Of a stretch of DNA of 64,000 bases, positions 9,941-18,644 are shown in pieces (the first letter of the stretch is position 1; each line of letters opens with the position of its first letter). The notes beneath the pieces are model-generated. The model was given only the letters and a program-made list of their open reading frames with translations, ran no database searches and had not been told where the DNA came from. This DNA comes from a bacterium (lineage in GTDB: Bacteria; Electryoneota; Electryoneia; Electryoneales; Electryoneaceae). A program made the position numbers and the translations under genes. The stretch is taken from contig OY769902.1 of NCBI GenBank assembly GCA_963669175.1, positions 832,001 to 896,000 on the forward strand, in the 5' to 3' direction.

Positions 9941-12289
9941 TTACACCTCGTGGTCCGTTAGCAGGGGAAACAGAAGGCGGAACGCTGCGCCGCCACGTTC
10001 CAGGTTGCGTGGGGTTATCCTCCCCTGGTACTGCTTGACAAACATGTGTACGATTGCCAACCCCAACCCCATACCCTTGCCCGGTTGACGTGTCGAATAG
10101 AAAGGATCGAACAGGTCATCCATGATCGTGGTCGGCAGTCCCGGGCCATTGTCAGCGATTTCGATCACCGCCTGTTTTCCTTCGATACCGGTAAACAGAC
10201 GGATGCGTTTGACCGGACGCTCCACTTCGTCCAGCGCGTGGATAGCATTGACTACGAGATTATTGATGATCTGTTCCATCTGCACCGGGTTGCCCTGTAC
10301 CAGGATGGGGGTGCCGGCGAGGTTCAGGTCGATACGGATGGCGTGGTTCTGGACCTGACGTGTTACCAGTGCGAGGGCGTTTTTCACGGCCAGGTTCAGA
10401 TCAACCGTGTCCAGTTGCCCCGGTTGTGGCGCTTGCCAGTAGGAGCGCATATGATCTATGATGGATGCGATCCGCTCTGAGCCGCCGGACACTTCCCGCA
10501 ACATCTCAGACACAAAGTCTGGAATTTCGCCGGGATGTTGATCACGCCAGAGGTCAATCCCTTCACTGCTTAGGCGAATAGCGTTCAGCGGCTGGTTGAT
10601 TTCGTGGGTAATGCCTGCGGCCAGTACACCGATTGAGGCTAGGCGGGAGGTTTCCTCCGCAAGCTGAATCGCTTGCCTGCGTTTTCGTTCCACATCATGC
10701 GCGGCGGTGACATCCCACAAGATACCCAGCGCAGCGGGTTGGCCTTCCCATTCCACATTGGAAATACCCAGCTCAAGCTCAAGGCGTTTACCTGCTTTCG
10801 AGCGCGCCAGGAAAGCAAGCGGCTGATCCAGGAGAGGGGATGAATCCTTCGCATGCAAGCGTGATTCCACAAGACCCTGGTCCGCATCATCCACAAAATC
10901 GGTAAGGTGGTAACTGTCAGAGCCCAGGTTCACATCATCCAGTCCGAATAGTTTTCGGAAGCCTGGATTGGCCAGCATGATCCGGCCCTGTTTCAGGACA
11001 CAGATCCCTTCCTGGGCATGTTCGAATATCCTGCGGAAACGAGACTCGCTGGTCCGTAACGCCTCCTGCGCCTGTTCACGTTCGATGATTTCATGTTCCA
11101 GCCCGGTGACAGCCTTCTTCAGTTTCACATTCAGACGGTGGATATAAACAGCCGTTGCCAATGTTGCCAGCAAAGCCAGCACAACAGCGAGGAAAACCGG
11201 CCAGTAATGACGCCACAACTCACGAGCCGACACCTCCCCGTAATGCTCGTACGGCGGGGCTTTCAGGGCCATCAGGATCTCATGCACACTCTGGTAATTC
11301 TGTGGAATCGTCCAACCGGCGCTATGGGACGCCAGCGCTGCAGGATTGCGGGGGTTCATTTGCAGCAGCCGTGAACTGACCTCTTCAGCCAGCAGGGGGT
11401 CAGTGCTCCTGAGTACCGCCATGGGCCATTCGGGGTATAACGCTGTAGAATAGATGTAGGGATAGTCGGGGTACTCCTGGTCGGTAAGGGGAATCACACG
11501 ATACCCATCGAGATGGATCTTGCCTTCCTGTACCATTCGTTCCAGGGTACCGGTTCGTATCGCCCCGATTTCGACACGGCCATCGCGCACAGCGTACACC
11601 ACCTCATCGTTGCTGTCCAGCCATTCAATGGAGCTGAAGAGTTTTTCCGGGGTATATCCAAGGCGCATCAGTTCATACTTGACATCATACCAGGCGCCAA
11701 AGGCTTCCGGGTGAACCCCGGCAAAAGAAGCGTTTTTCAGGTTTACCGTTGCTTCGCCGTTTTGACGATCAGCGCGTGCGATCAGCACACCACCGAACCC
11801 GGTAACCACTTTCCCCTCTTCCGCGTTTTTCAGCGTGGCAATACGTGTCAAACCGTATCGTTGCTCGAGCAGCACATAAAACGCCGGATTGGCCAACAGA
11901 AAATCAACGGAATCCCTGGCGACAGCAGATTCGATATCATCATACCCAAGCGGAACGATGGTGAAATAGTATCCGGGCATGGTATAGGAAAGGTAATTCG
12001 CTGTCGGGGACCATTTTTCCAGGCAGCGTTCTTTAGAGCGTTTAATCAGAACACCGATGCGCACCTTGTGCAGCGCGTCCAGCTTTGAACTGTCCGATAC
12101 CATCGGACCCTGGGTGATGGAGAAGAAAACATCCGGGGGGTAATGTGATGTTTCGGGGGGGCCGGAACTCGGGTCAGTAAAATAAGTCTGGGGATAGGGT
12201 TGCTGACCGGGCGGCTCTGCCAGACATGCACCGAAAACCAACAGTACTCCCAGCAATACTATCAGCCAAACAGCCTTGTTTCGGTACAT
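9941..12289 (-). CDS. Sensor histidine kinase with PhnD/TtrS-like periplasmic binding domain and PAS
   Basis: IGVLIKR...WSPTANYL...ANPAFYV...LYPEWP resembles the TtrS-type sensor domain. Also TM, PAS, H-box THEINQPL and HATPase. Confidence 0.88.
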   Translation of the reverse strand: MYRNKAVWLIVLLGVLLVFGACLAEPPGQQPYPQTYFTDPSSGPPETSHYPPDVFFSITQGPMVSDSSKLDALHKVRIGVLIKRSKERCLEKWSPTANYLSYTMPGYYFTIVPLGYDDIESAVARDSVDFLLANPAFYVLLEQRYGLTRIATLKNAEEGKVVTGFGGVLIARADRQNGEATVNLKNASFAGVHPEAFGAWYDVKYELMRLGYTPEKLFSSIEWLDSNDEVVYAVRDGRVEIGAIRTGTLERMVQEGKIHLDGYRVIPLTDQEYPDYPYIYSTALYPEWPMAVLRSTDPLLAEEVSSRLLQMNPRNPAALASHSAGWTIPQNYQSVHEILMALKAPPYEHYGEVSARELWRHYWPVFLAVVLALLATLATAVYIHRLNVKLKKAVTGLEHEIIEREQAQEALRTSESRFRRIFEHAQEGICVLKQGRIMLANPGFRKLFGLDDVNLGSDSYHLTDFVDDADQGLVESRLHAKDSSPLLDQPLAFLARSKAGKRLELELGISNVEWEGQPAALGILWDVTAAHDVERKRRQAIQLAEETSRLASIGVLAAGITHEINQPLNAIRLSSEGIDLWRDQHPGEIPDFVSEMLREVSGGSERIASIIDHMRSYWQAPQPGQLDTVDLNLAVKNALALVTRQVQNHAIRIDLNLAGTPILVQGNPVQMEQIINNLVVNAIHALDEVERPVKRIRLFTGIEGKQAVIEIADNGPGLPTTIMDDLFDPFYSTRQPGKGMGLGLAIVHMFVKQYQGRITPRNLERGGAAFRLLFPLLTDHEV

Positions 12290-12383
12290 GTTTCCCCCAT
12301 TTCGAATGCCCTAATATACGGTTCTGAAATGGGACGGGAAACCGGAATCAGGAGGGGGTAGTTGACCATTTGAAGGTGAACAA

Positions 12384-12574
12384 TAACTACTCTTGAAAAT
12401 AAACCGTCATGATAGTATCCGACGAACGATTCATAGGTGACTAGGAATAAGCCTATGGAAAAAGGGGACAGTTTCCTTTTCCAGAAATACTTCAGAACTA
12501 TTCTGTATAAGCGCGAGGAAAAGGATCCCGTCCCCTTTTCCCGGCAATCTCTATTATGACGGAATAAAATCGAG
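12384..12574 (+). repeat. MITE family C, interrupted by IS110 in its right TIR (remaining tip 13945-13956)
   Basis: Left end matches 54354-54412. Right part matches the empty sites at 8028-8156 and 47490-47615. Confidence 0.8.
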
Positions 12575-12661
12575 TTCCTATGTTAAACGACAGGCGCATC
12601 AAGTCGTGTTGGAACTGCTATCTTAGCAGTATTCCATTTTTCCAACACAAGGAGAAGCGCC

Positions 12662-13723
12662 ATGTCGAAGAACCAAGTTATTGCAGCGGACCGTTCATTG
12701 TCTATAGGTCTGGATGTTGATTCGCAGACTTCTTTCGCCGTTGTGCTCGACACCCAGACTGGTGAAGTGCTCTTTGAGAATCGGATCAAGCATGACTCAG
12801 CCGCTTGGGAACGCTTCTTTGCCCGTTTTCCCAACTGCCGCATGTGGGCGTGTTATGAAGCGGGCCTCACCGGCTTTGGCCTCTGTCGTTACCTGATCGG
12901 CCAAGGTGTTGACTGCCAGATCGCGCCGCCCAGCCAAGTTCCCAAAGGGGCGCAAGCGAAGCAGCAGAAGACCGATCATCTGGATGCCCTTACCTTGGCC
13001 CACATGTTCTGGACACCACCTCGTACCTGGGTACATGTCCCCACAGAACAGGAAGAGGCGGATCGTCAGTTGTCTCGCACCCGTGACCAGGTGATGAATG
13101 ATCGCGTTCGGGTCAAAAACCGAATCAAGAGTCTGCTATTGTTTCACGGTTTACAGTCACCGTTTCCGCCGCAACGCTATTGGACAAAGGAATACCGGCG
13201 CTGGTTGCGAACGTGTGATTGTCTGGCTGCGACACGGATAGCCATTGATGTTGCTCTCGATGAGCTGGAGGCCATTGAACAGCAACTCAAGGTGATCACC
13301 AAAGCGATCAAGGCGATGAATGCGTCCGCAACGTATCGGGACCGTACCCAGCGCCTGTGCCAGGTGAAAGGCGTGGGCGAGCTGACCGTGAACGCCTTCG
13401 TGACCGAGATGTATCGTCCCGAACGCTTCGCATCCGGTAAGCAAGTCGGCGCACATCTTGGCTTGACGCCGTGTGAATGGTCAAGCGCCAACACACGCCA
13501 TATGGGACACATTACCCACTGGGGACCGTCCCATCTACGAAAACTATTGGTCGAAGCTGCGTGGCGTTGGGTGCAAAAAGATCCGTATGCAAAGAAGAAA
13601 TACGATGCGATCCATGCCGGGAAAACACGGAAAGTGGCGATCGTCGCCATGGCACGAAAACTAGCCGTGATACTGTGGGCCATGCTGGTCAAAGAACAAG
13701 ACTACAATCCTGCCTGCGTATAA
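12662..13723 (+). CDS. IS110-family DEDD recombinase/transposase
   Basis: IGLDVD, CYEAG and KTDHLDA (DEDD); GVGEL; GLTPCEWSS (Tnp serine); AIVAMARKL. Confidence 0.95.
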   Translation: MSKNQVIAADRSLSIGLDVDSQTSFAVVLDTQTGEVLFENRIKHDSAAWERFFARFPNCRMWACYEAGLTGFGLCRYLIGQGVDCQIAPPSQVPKGAQAKQQKTDHLDALTLAHMFWTPPRTWVHVPTEQEEADRQLSRTRDQVMNDRVRVKNRIKSLLLFHGLQSPFPPQRYWTKEYRRWLRTCDCLAATRIAIDVALDELEAIEQQLKVITKAIKAMNASATYRDRTQRLCQVKGVGELTVNAFVTEMYRPERFASGKQVGAHLGLTPCEWSSANTRHMGHITHWGPSHLRKLLVEAAWRWVQKDPYAKKKYDAIHAGKTRKVAIVAMARKLAVILWAMLVKEQDYNPACV

Positions 13724-13927
13724 CCCCAGCACTGCTGGCAGGTAGGTAAAGCATAGATTGTGATTGAATCGTCCGATGCCATTGGGAACACGCGACCCTG
13801 GTAGTTATTCTGTTGCTTGACAACGATTCGAGTTTAGGGCGCCGCTGTTCCGTGCGAACAAAAAACTTGTGCCACGAGCACGAATAGCAGAACGGCACAT
13901 GGGACGATACAAAGGCTCTTTACACCC
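13724..13927 (+). ncRNA. Candidate bridge/seek RNA of IS110 copy 1
   Basis: Closing stem 13768-13778/13898-13908. Loops carry matches to target (TAGTTATTCT, TCGAG, GCTGTTC) and donor (TGGGAAC, ATAGCAG). Confidence 0.7.
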
Positions 13928-13956
13928 TTGACTGTTTACATAGCAGAACAGCTATA

Positions 13957-14170
13957 TTTCGCATGATAGATCGTCATCAGGCATCACATTGCGACCTGAC
14001 GACAGCGAGAGTGCTGATACCGGTGGCAGGTCACAACGCGACAATAACAGGACGAGAGGTGGTTTCAGTATCATGTGCATTCAGAAATACATTGCGAAAG
14101 CCGAAAACGGAATGTCGCGTCAAGACCTGCCACAACTTTGCCCGGATGTACAAATTCTTGTGAGGAATCC
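13957..14170 (+). repeat. MITE family D, right two-thirds
   Basis: Aligns by eye with 30237-30450 and ends in the TIR atgtacaaattcttgtgaggaa. Confidence 0.8.
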
Positions 14171-14187
14171 ATTTTAAGCGGCTGATT

Positions 14188-15051
14188 TTACCCTGCAGGT
14201 TTATCTTTCAAAAATGTCCCGTCATGGTATTCCGCAAACGCCTGCTTGAGTTCTTCCTGTGTATTCATGACAATCGGTCCACCCCAGGCGACCGGTTCAC
14301 CGTGCGGTTTTCCGGAGACAAACAGCAGGCGCATACACTGTTGGTTTGTTTTCAACGGCGCCGTTGTACACGGTCCAAGCTTATACACAAATCCCGCTTC
14401 GATCCTGCGAGCGTCCTCATGTCCCAGCGTACCCTCTCCCTCAAAGACAAACAGGAATGAACGATACCCCTTTTTCTCGGGAATCTCACAACTTGCCCCC
14501 GGTTCAAGGAAGATATCGAAATAGTCCACATCCACCAGCAAATCCCGAAGGGGACCATTTGAACCATTCAATGAACCGGACACCAGCTTGACCGTAACAC
14601 CTTCGGCAAAATCGATCGTAGTGACGTCGCTGGCTTTCACTTCACGATAAGCCGGGGCGGTCATTTTAAGTGAGGCGGGCAGCTTGACCCAGAGCTGAAA
14701 TCCACGCAAGCGTCCGTCCGTAAGCTGAGGCATCTCCTGATGAACAATCCCGCTGCCCGCAGTCATCCACTGTATGTCACCGTCACGGATTGTCCCCTCG
14801 TTACCCAGGCTGTCGCCATGTGTCACTTCGCCGTGCAGCATGTAAGTGACCGTCTCAATCCCACGGTGCGGATGCCAGGGAAACCCCTTCAAATAGTCTT
14901 CCGGCCTGTCCGAGCCGAAATCATCCAGGAGGAGAAACGGATCAAACATGGGGACTTCACGATTCCCGAACATGCGGTTCAATCGTACGCCAGCGCCTTC
15001 CAGGGTTGGTGTTCCGGCAATGGCGGTCTCAATGACACAAGGGATGGACAT
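14188..15051 (-). CDS. Pirin family protein
   Basis: DPFLLLDDF, GFPWHPHRGIETVTY, QWMTAGSGIVHQE, GPIVMNT. Start reassigned to ATG 15051. Confidence 0.93.
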   Translation of the reverse strand: MSIPCVIETAIAGTPTLEGAGVRLNRMFGNREVPMFDPFLLLDDFGSDRPEDYLKGFPWHPHRGIETVTYMLHGEVTHGDSLGNEGTIRDGDIQWMTAGSGIVHQEMPQLTDGRLRGFQLWVKLPASLKMTAPAYREVKASDVTTIDFAEGVTVKLVSGSLNGSNGPLRDLLVDVDYFDIFLEPGASCEIPEKKGYRSFLFVFEGEGTLGHEDARRIEAGFVYKLGPCTTAPLKTNQQCMRLLFVSGKPHGEPVAWGGPIVMNTQEELKQAFAEYHDGTFLKDKPAG

Positions 15052-15594
15052 GGTGACCTCGCTGGTGGTGGTTTCAACGTGTTCACAGGGAACCGTATTT
15101 TTCTGTGGCAATATATTAGCTGAGCTGTTCAGGTTGTAGTAAGGAAGGGATAGAAATAAACGTAACAGAGGTTTGTCCTGTTATAGTGTTGCTCAAACAA
15201 TATATCCCATCATGTCATTCCCGGCCTTATGCGCCGAGGCGTATTGAACGGGGATCTCGTTGTTTTTCTATTTCATGGGATAATGTTTATACAACCATAG
15301 TCGTTCCCGAAAGTCTTTTCCGTTTCAGGGTAACGGTAGTTACTTTCAGGCACAAAACATTTGTTCTGTATAGAGTTTGACTCTCTCTTATTGCTCTCTT
15401 TCGAAAACATATTTTGTTGTTTTAGCAGGCTTTAGCCTGCTCTTCTTAGCACCCGGCTTCAGCCGGGGTGAGAAGATGCAAACAACATTCTGAGCACGCT
15501 TTAGCATGCTTGCCTGGTATAAATCCTGATTCCGGAAAGCACCCTGAAGGGCGCTCACCACTTCTTTAGCACAACGAACACCCCGGCTGAAGCC

Positions 15595-16464
15595 CTGTCT
15601 CATACCCACATCTTCTGAAAGCTGTATCAGTAAAAGAGTTGTGGACATAGCATTTTTAGAATCCCGGCGGGATTCCCTATTTTAGCATAGTGTACAGGCC
15701 GTCTGTTTGGCCTGTACACTATGTCAGGTATTCTAACGAATAATCAACCCTGGAAGGGTTGCATAATACGCGATTCATATTAGTACGTTCAATAAATACA
15801 GGAAATAACGCATTTTATATTCTATACAAACCAATTGGGTGTAAATTATACGTTATGCAACCCTTCCAGGGTTGAGATAAGGTTTGATCTTTTTCGTAGG
15901 GTAGACGCTAACCCGAATATTTCATGAACGGAACATGGATATTCATCTTAACACAGTTCATATCAACACAATACAACTGATTCATACAGCATTTTTCAGG
16001 GGACAGTTTGCTCCGGTATCCCTTTGCGTGTCTATTCCCTGTTTCGCTGGCAAAATAGGCTGAGAATCGGCAACCGCCCCGGCAGGGGCAACCTGTATTA
16101 GCCCCGGGCAGCCGCCGTCAGTTTGGCGGCTACCCGGGGAGATAATGCGCATCATATATTTACTCCGGAAGGAGTAACCTGATAATTATCAAAAGTATAC
16201 AGTGGAAATATTCAGGCAACCCGCTGCCGGGGTTGGCAAGTAGCGTACATCCTATTCCCACCGTGAGCGCCAAACAGACGGCGCTGGACGGTGGGCTAAT
16301 ACAGAGAACCACTGCCGTGGTTCTTGTACTGGCCATTCCATCAAATACCAAATTTGAAATTGCATTGGTGAAATATTCGGGCTAAACAGACAGCGTCAAC
16401 CCTACGCTAAAATATACCACCCCCTCTGGGGTGGCAGAAACACGAAGATGTGAGCAAGAGACAG
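15595..16464. mobile_element. Non-autonomous element with IS50/Tn5-like 19-bp ends
   Basis: Ends CTGTCTCATACCCACATCT and (reverse complement) CTGTCTCTTGCTCACATCT. 10-bp direct repeat GGCTGAAGCC at 15585-15594 and 16465-16474. Confidence 0.82.
15912..16381. mobile_element. MITE family A, second copy (inverted relative to 277-745)
   Basis: TIR CCCGAATATTTCA and CTAA direct repeats (15908-15911, 16382-16385). Confidence 0.88.
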
Positions 16465-16571
16465 GGCTGAAGCCGGGTGCTAAAAAGAGCCTGCTAAAGC
16501 AGGCTGATAACTATTCGAATCAGCAAAAACTTTCGGGAACGACTATACAATAGTGCAATACGGAAACGGGG

Positions 16572-16865
16572 TTATTCATTGTTGTTGACCAGTCTCTGTA
16601 TTTTTACAAAGCCGTACAGTTGTTCCAGGAGTTGATTTGTGGCGCCCTCGCTGAGGGATCCGTCAGCGGCAGGTTCACTATCCCTTAATAATTCTTCCAT
16701 CCAGATCACATAGCGCAGAAACATGACCTCCACTTGTTCGCGCTGCTCTTCAGAAAGATTGTTGAACAGGTCAGCTTGATCAAGGAAAGCTCGTTCCAGG
16801 CGGCTGGTGTGGATAGAAGGTTCAAATCGGTTCAGGATCAGCGCCGCTTCTCTGTACTTGTCCAC
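16572..16865 (-). CDS. Hypothetical helical protein directly following hsdS
   Basis: 97-aa ORF whose GTG start abuts the hsdS stop. No motif recognised. Confidence 0.5.
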   Translation of the reverse strand: MDKYREAALILNRFEPSIHTSRLERAFLDQADLFNNLSEEQREQVEVMFLRYVIWMEELLRDSEPAADGSLSEGATNQLLEQLYGFVKIQRLVNNNE

Positions 16866-18644
16866 CTATACCCCCAGGGTCATCTGTTCGTTTGCCGCTG
16901 TTTTATTCGGCGCTTCGGTTTGGGATGGCAATGAATGGCCGTTGACCAGGTTGTGGACGATGGCATCCATCAATTTTTCGCTGTGGGATCGGGACTGGGT
17001 TAGCTTGGCTTCCAGATCGTCACATAACGCCATCAGTTGGTCGACTTTTTCAACGATGCGTTTTTGTTCTTCAAGTGGTGGAATTGGCACGGGACAAGCC
17101 CGAAGCTGTGTCTTATTTATAGATGCAAGATTGGTTGTTTGTTTGGATGATCCTGCGAAATAGTCCCTGGCGGGGACAGAATTCAGGTATAATTCAAGCC
17201 ACTTTTCGTTTTGTTCGTCAAGCAGTTTTCTTGCCTTGAAGACATGGTTTTGATGGATACATAGCGGAATTTCCAGATTCCAAATACAGGTTCGTCCGAC
17301 TTTATCCCAATCACCACCTTCAGTTATCAGCAGGTCTTTGCTTTGCAAGCTGAATTTTTCTATTTCATCTTCAGCAATTTCAATTTCTTTGATCATTGAC
17401 AAATCCAGATGACCGCGTTGTACATTCGCAACGCGAAGGTATGGCAACGATACAAGCTTTCGACCTTCCAGTTTACGACCCTTTGTGACACCGCTGCTGA
17501 TAATGGTCAAATCTTCAAAACGTACCCACTCCCAGTTACTTGGTAGCAGGAAGGGATTTAACGCCAATTTCGATTTTGGGATCGGCGGAAGCCTCTTTAA
17601 TTCCCCAGTAGACAGTAGCTGTTCTTTCTTGTTATGGACTGCATTTACCAAAGCTTCTGCGCTATCGTCGCTAGGGGCTTGTGGAACAAGTTTGCCCTGA
17701 ACAGCAAGCTGAAGGATGGCTTGGCGAAGTTCCTGGATGGTTGCGGGGGTGTCGTACAGGATATCGAAATGATCGGCGATCCGATGCCAGGCGTGTTGGA
17801 AGGTCGACGGGTCGCTGGCGGTCGTCAGGGAATGTAGGGACGCTTTATTCAGGTTAATCCGTACCGATACCATTTTCTGCTGCTGCTGTTCCAATTCATC
17901 ACACAACGCCATTAGTTGATCGACTTTTGCAACGATGCGTTTTTGTTCCGGTAATGGCGCTACGGGGATCAGTGTCATCCTTGCGTCTGTTGTATTCAGT
18001 CTTGGCAAATTAATTCCGTAAGTTTTGTTATTTACATAGGTTATAAAATATGGGCTTTTCAAAATCCATCGAAGATAATATGGATCCATTCCTTCTAACA
18101 CTACAATGGGTACAATTTCAGTTGTTGAGTATCCTGCTTCATCCGCAACTATTACTTTATCCAAATATGGACGAAGTTTACCATACAATACGTCATTCCT
18201 TCGAAAGGATGTTTTGGTGCTTTTGGGCCTTCGTTGTTCAACGGTTATTCTTTGTAATAACCTTGAACTAGATTTTTCTATATCTTCTAATTCAAGCATC
18301 CAGCGGTCAGATACTAACTGATTTGGTTCATGATTTTGACGACCTTTATATATTGTCGTTTCACCTAAACGATTCCATTTCCAGCTCAATGGAATATCAA
18401 ATGGAATTTCATTACTTTTTATCTTCGGTAATGTCTTTTCGGTTCTAATACCTTCAACCTTATAGTGCTTTTGTTTCAATTCATTCATCTTATCAAACCA
18501 GACAACAACCGATTCATCATCAGGATCTTGTGAGACAAGTTTACCTTGAACCGCAAGCTGAAGGATCAATTCACGTAGCATTTGAATCCCGTTCGGGCCT
18601 TCAGCAAGGTGTCCGAAATTATCCATGAACGTCTGCGGGGTCAT
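16866..18644 (-). CDS. hsdS: Type I restriction-modification specificity subunit
   Basis: Two TRDs. Duplicated conserved blocks ILQLAVQGKLV and EQKRIV.KVDQLMALCD.LE (EcoAI/type IB-like layout). Confidence 0.92.
   Translation of the reverse strand: MTPQTFMDNFGHLAEGPNGIQMLRELILQLAVQGKLVSQDPDDESVVVWFDKMNELKQKHYKVEGIRTEKTLPKIKSNEIPFDIPLSWKWNRLGETTIYKGRQNHEPNQLVSDRWMLELEDIEKSSSRLLQRITVEQRRPKSTKTSFRRNDVLYGKLRPYLDKVIVADEAGYSTTEIVPIVVLEGMDPYYLRWILKSPYFITYVNNKTYGINLPRLNTTDARMTLIPVAPLPEQKRIVAKVDQLMALCDELEQQQQKMVSVRINLNKASLHSLTTASDPSTFQHAWHRIADHFDILYDTPATIQELRQAILQLAVQGKLVPQAPSDDSAEALVNAVHNKKEQLLSTGELKRLPPIPKSKLALNPFLLPSNWEWVRFEDLTIISSGVTKGRKLEGRKLVSLPYLRVANVQRGHLDLSMIKEIEIAEDEIEKFSLQSKDLLITEGGDWDKVGRTCIWNLEIPLCIHQNHVFKARKLLDEQNEKWLELYLNSVPARDYFAGSSKQTTNLASINKTQLRACPVPIPPLEEQKRIVEKVDQLMALCDDLEAKLTQSRSHSEKLMDAIVHNLVNGHSLPSQTEAPNKTAANEQMTLGV

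Larger units (their letters stand above)
12575..13944 (+). mobile_element. IS110-family insertion sequence, IS1111-type, copy 1 (1370 bp)
   Basis: Boundaries defined by comparison with empty sites. AG core on both sides. Sub-terminal inverted repeats CTATGTTAAAC / GTTTACATAG. Long 3' non-coding region. Confidence 0.93.
15297..16546. mobile_element. MITE family B (TA-bounded; body of CTRAAG-loop palindromes) hosting nested insertions
   Basis: Perfect 18-bp inverted repeat ATAGTCGTTCCCGAAAGT at 15297-15314 and 16529-16546. Degenerate relative at 62462-62771. Confidence 0.8.

Noticed and set aside
13901-13905. GGGAC as the donor right-side guide
   Set aside because: It falls in the predicted outer stem. 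TGGGAAC at 13783-89 is a longer, unpaired match.
15595-15613. Nextera/Tn5 adapter contamination
   Set aside because: Both ends differ from the mosaic end at 3 positions, face each other and are flanked by a 10-bp target duplication.
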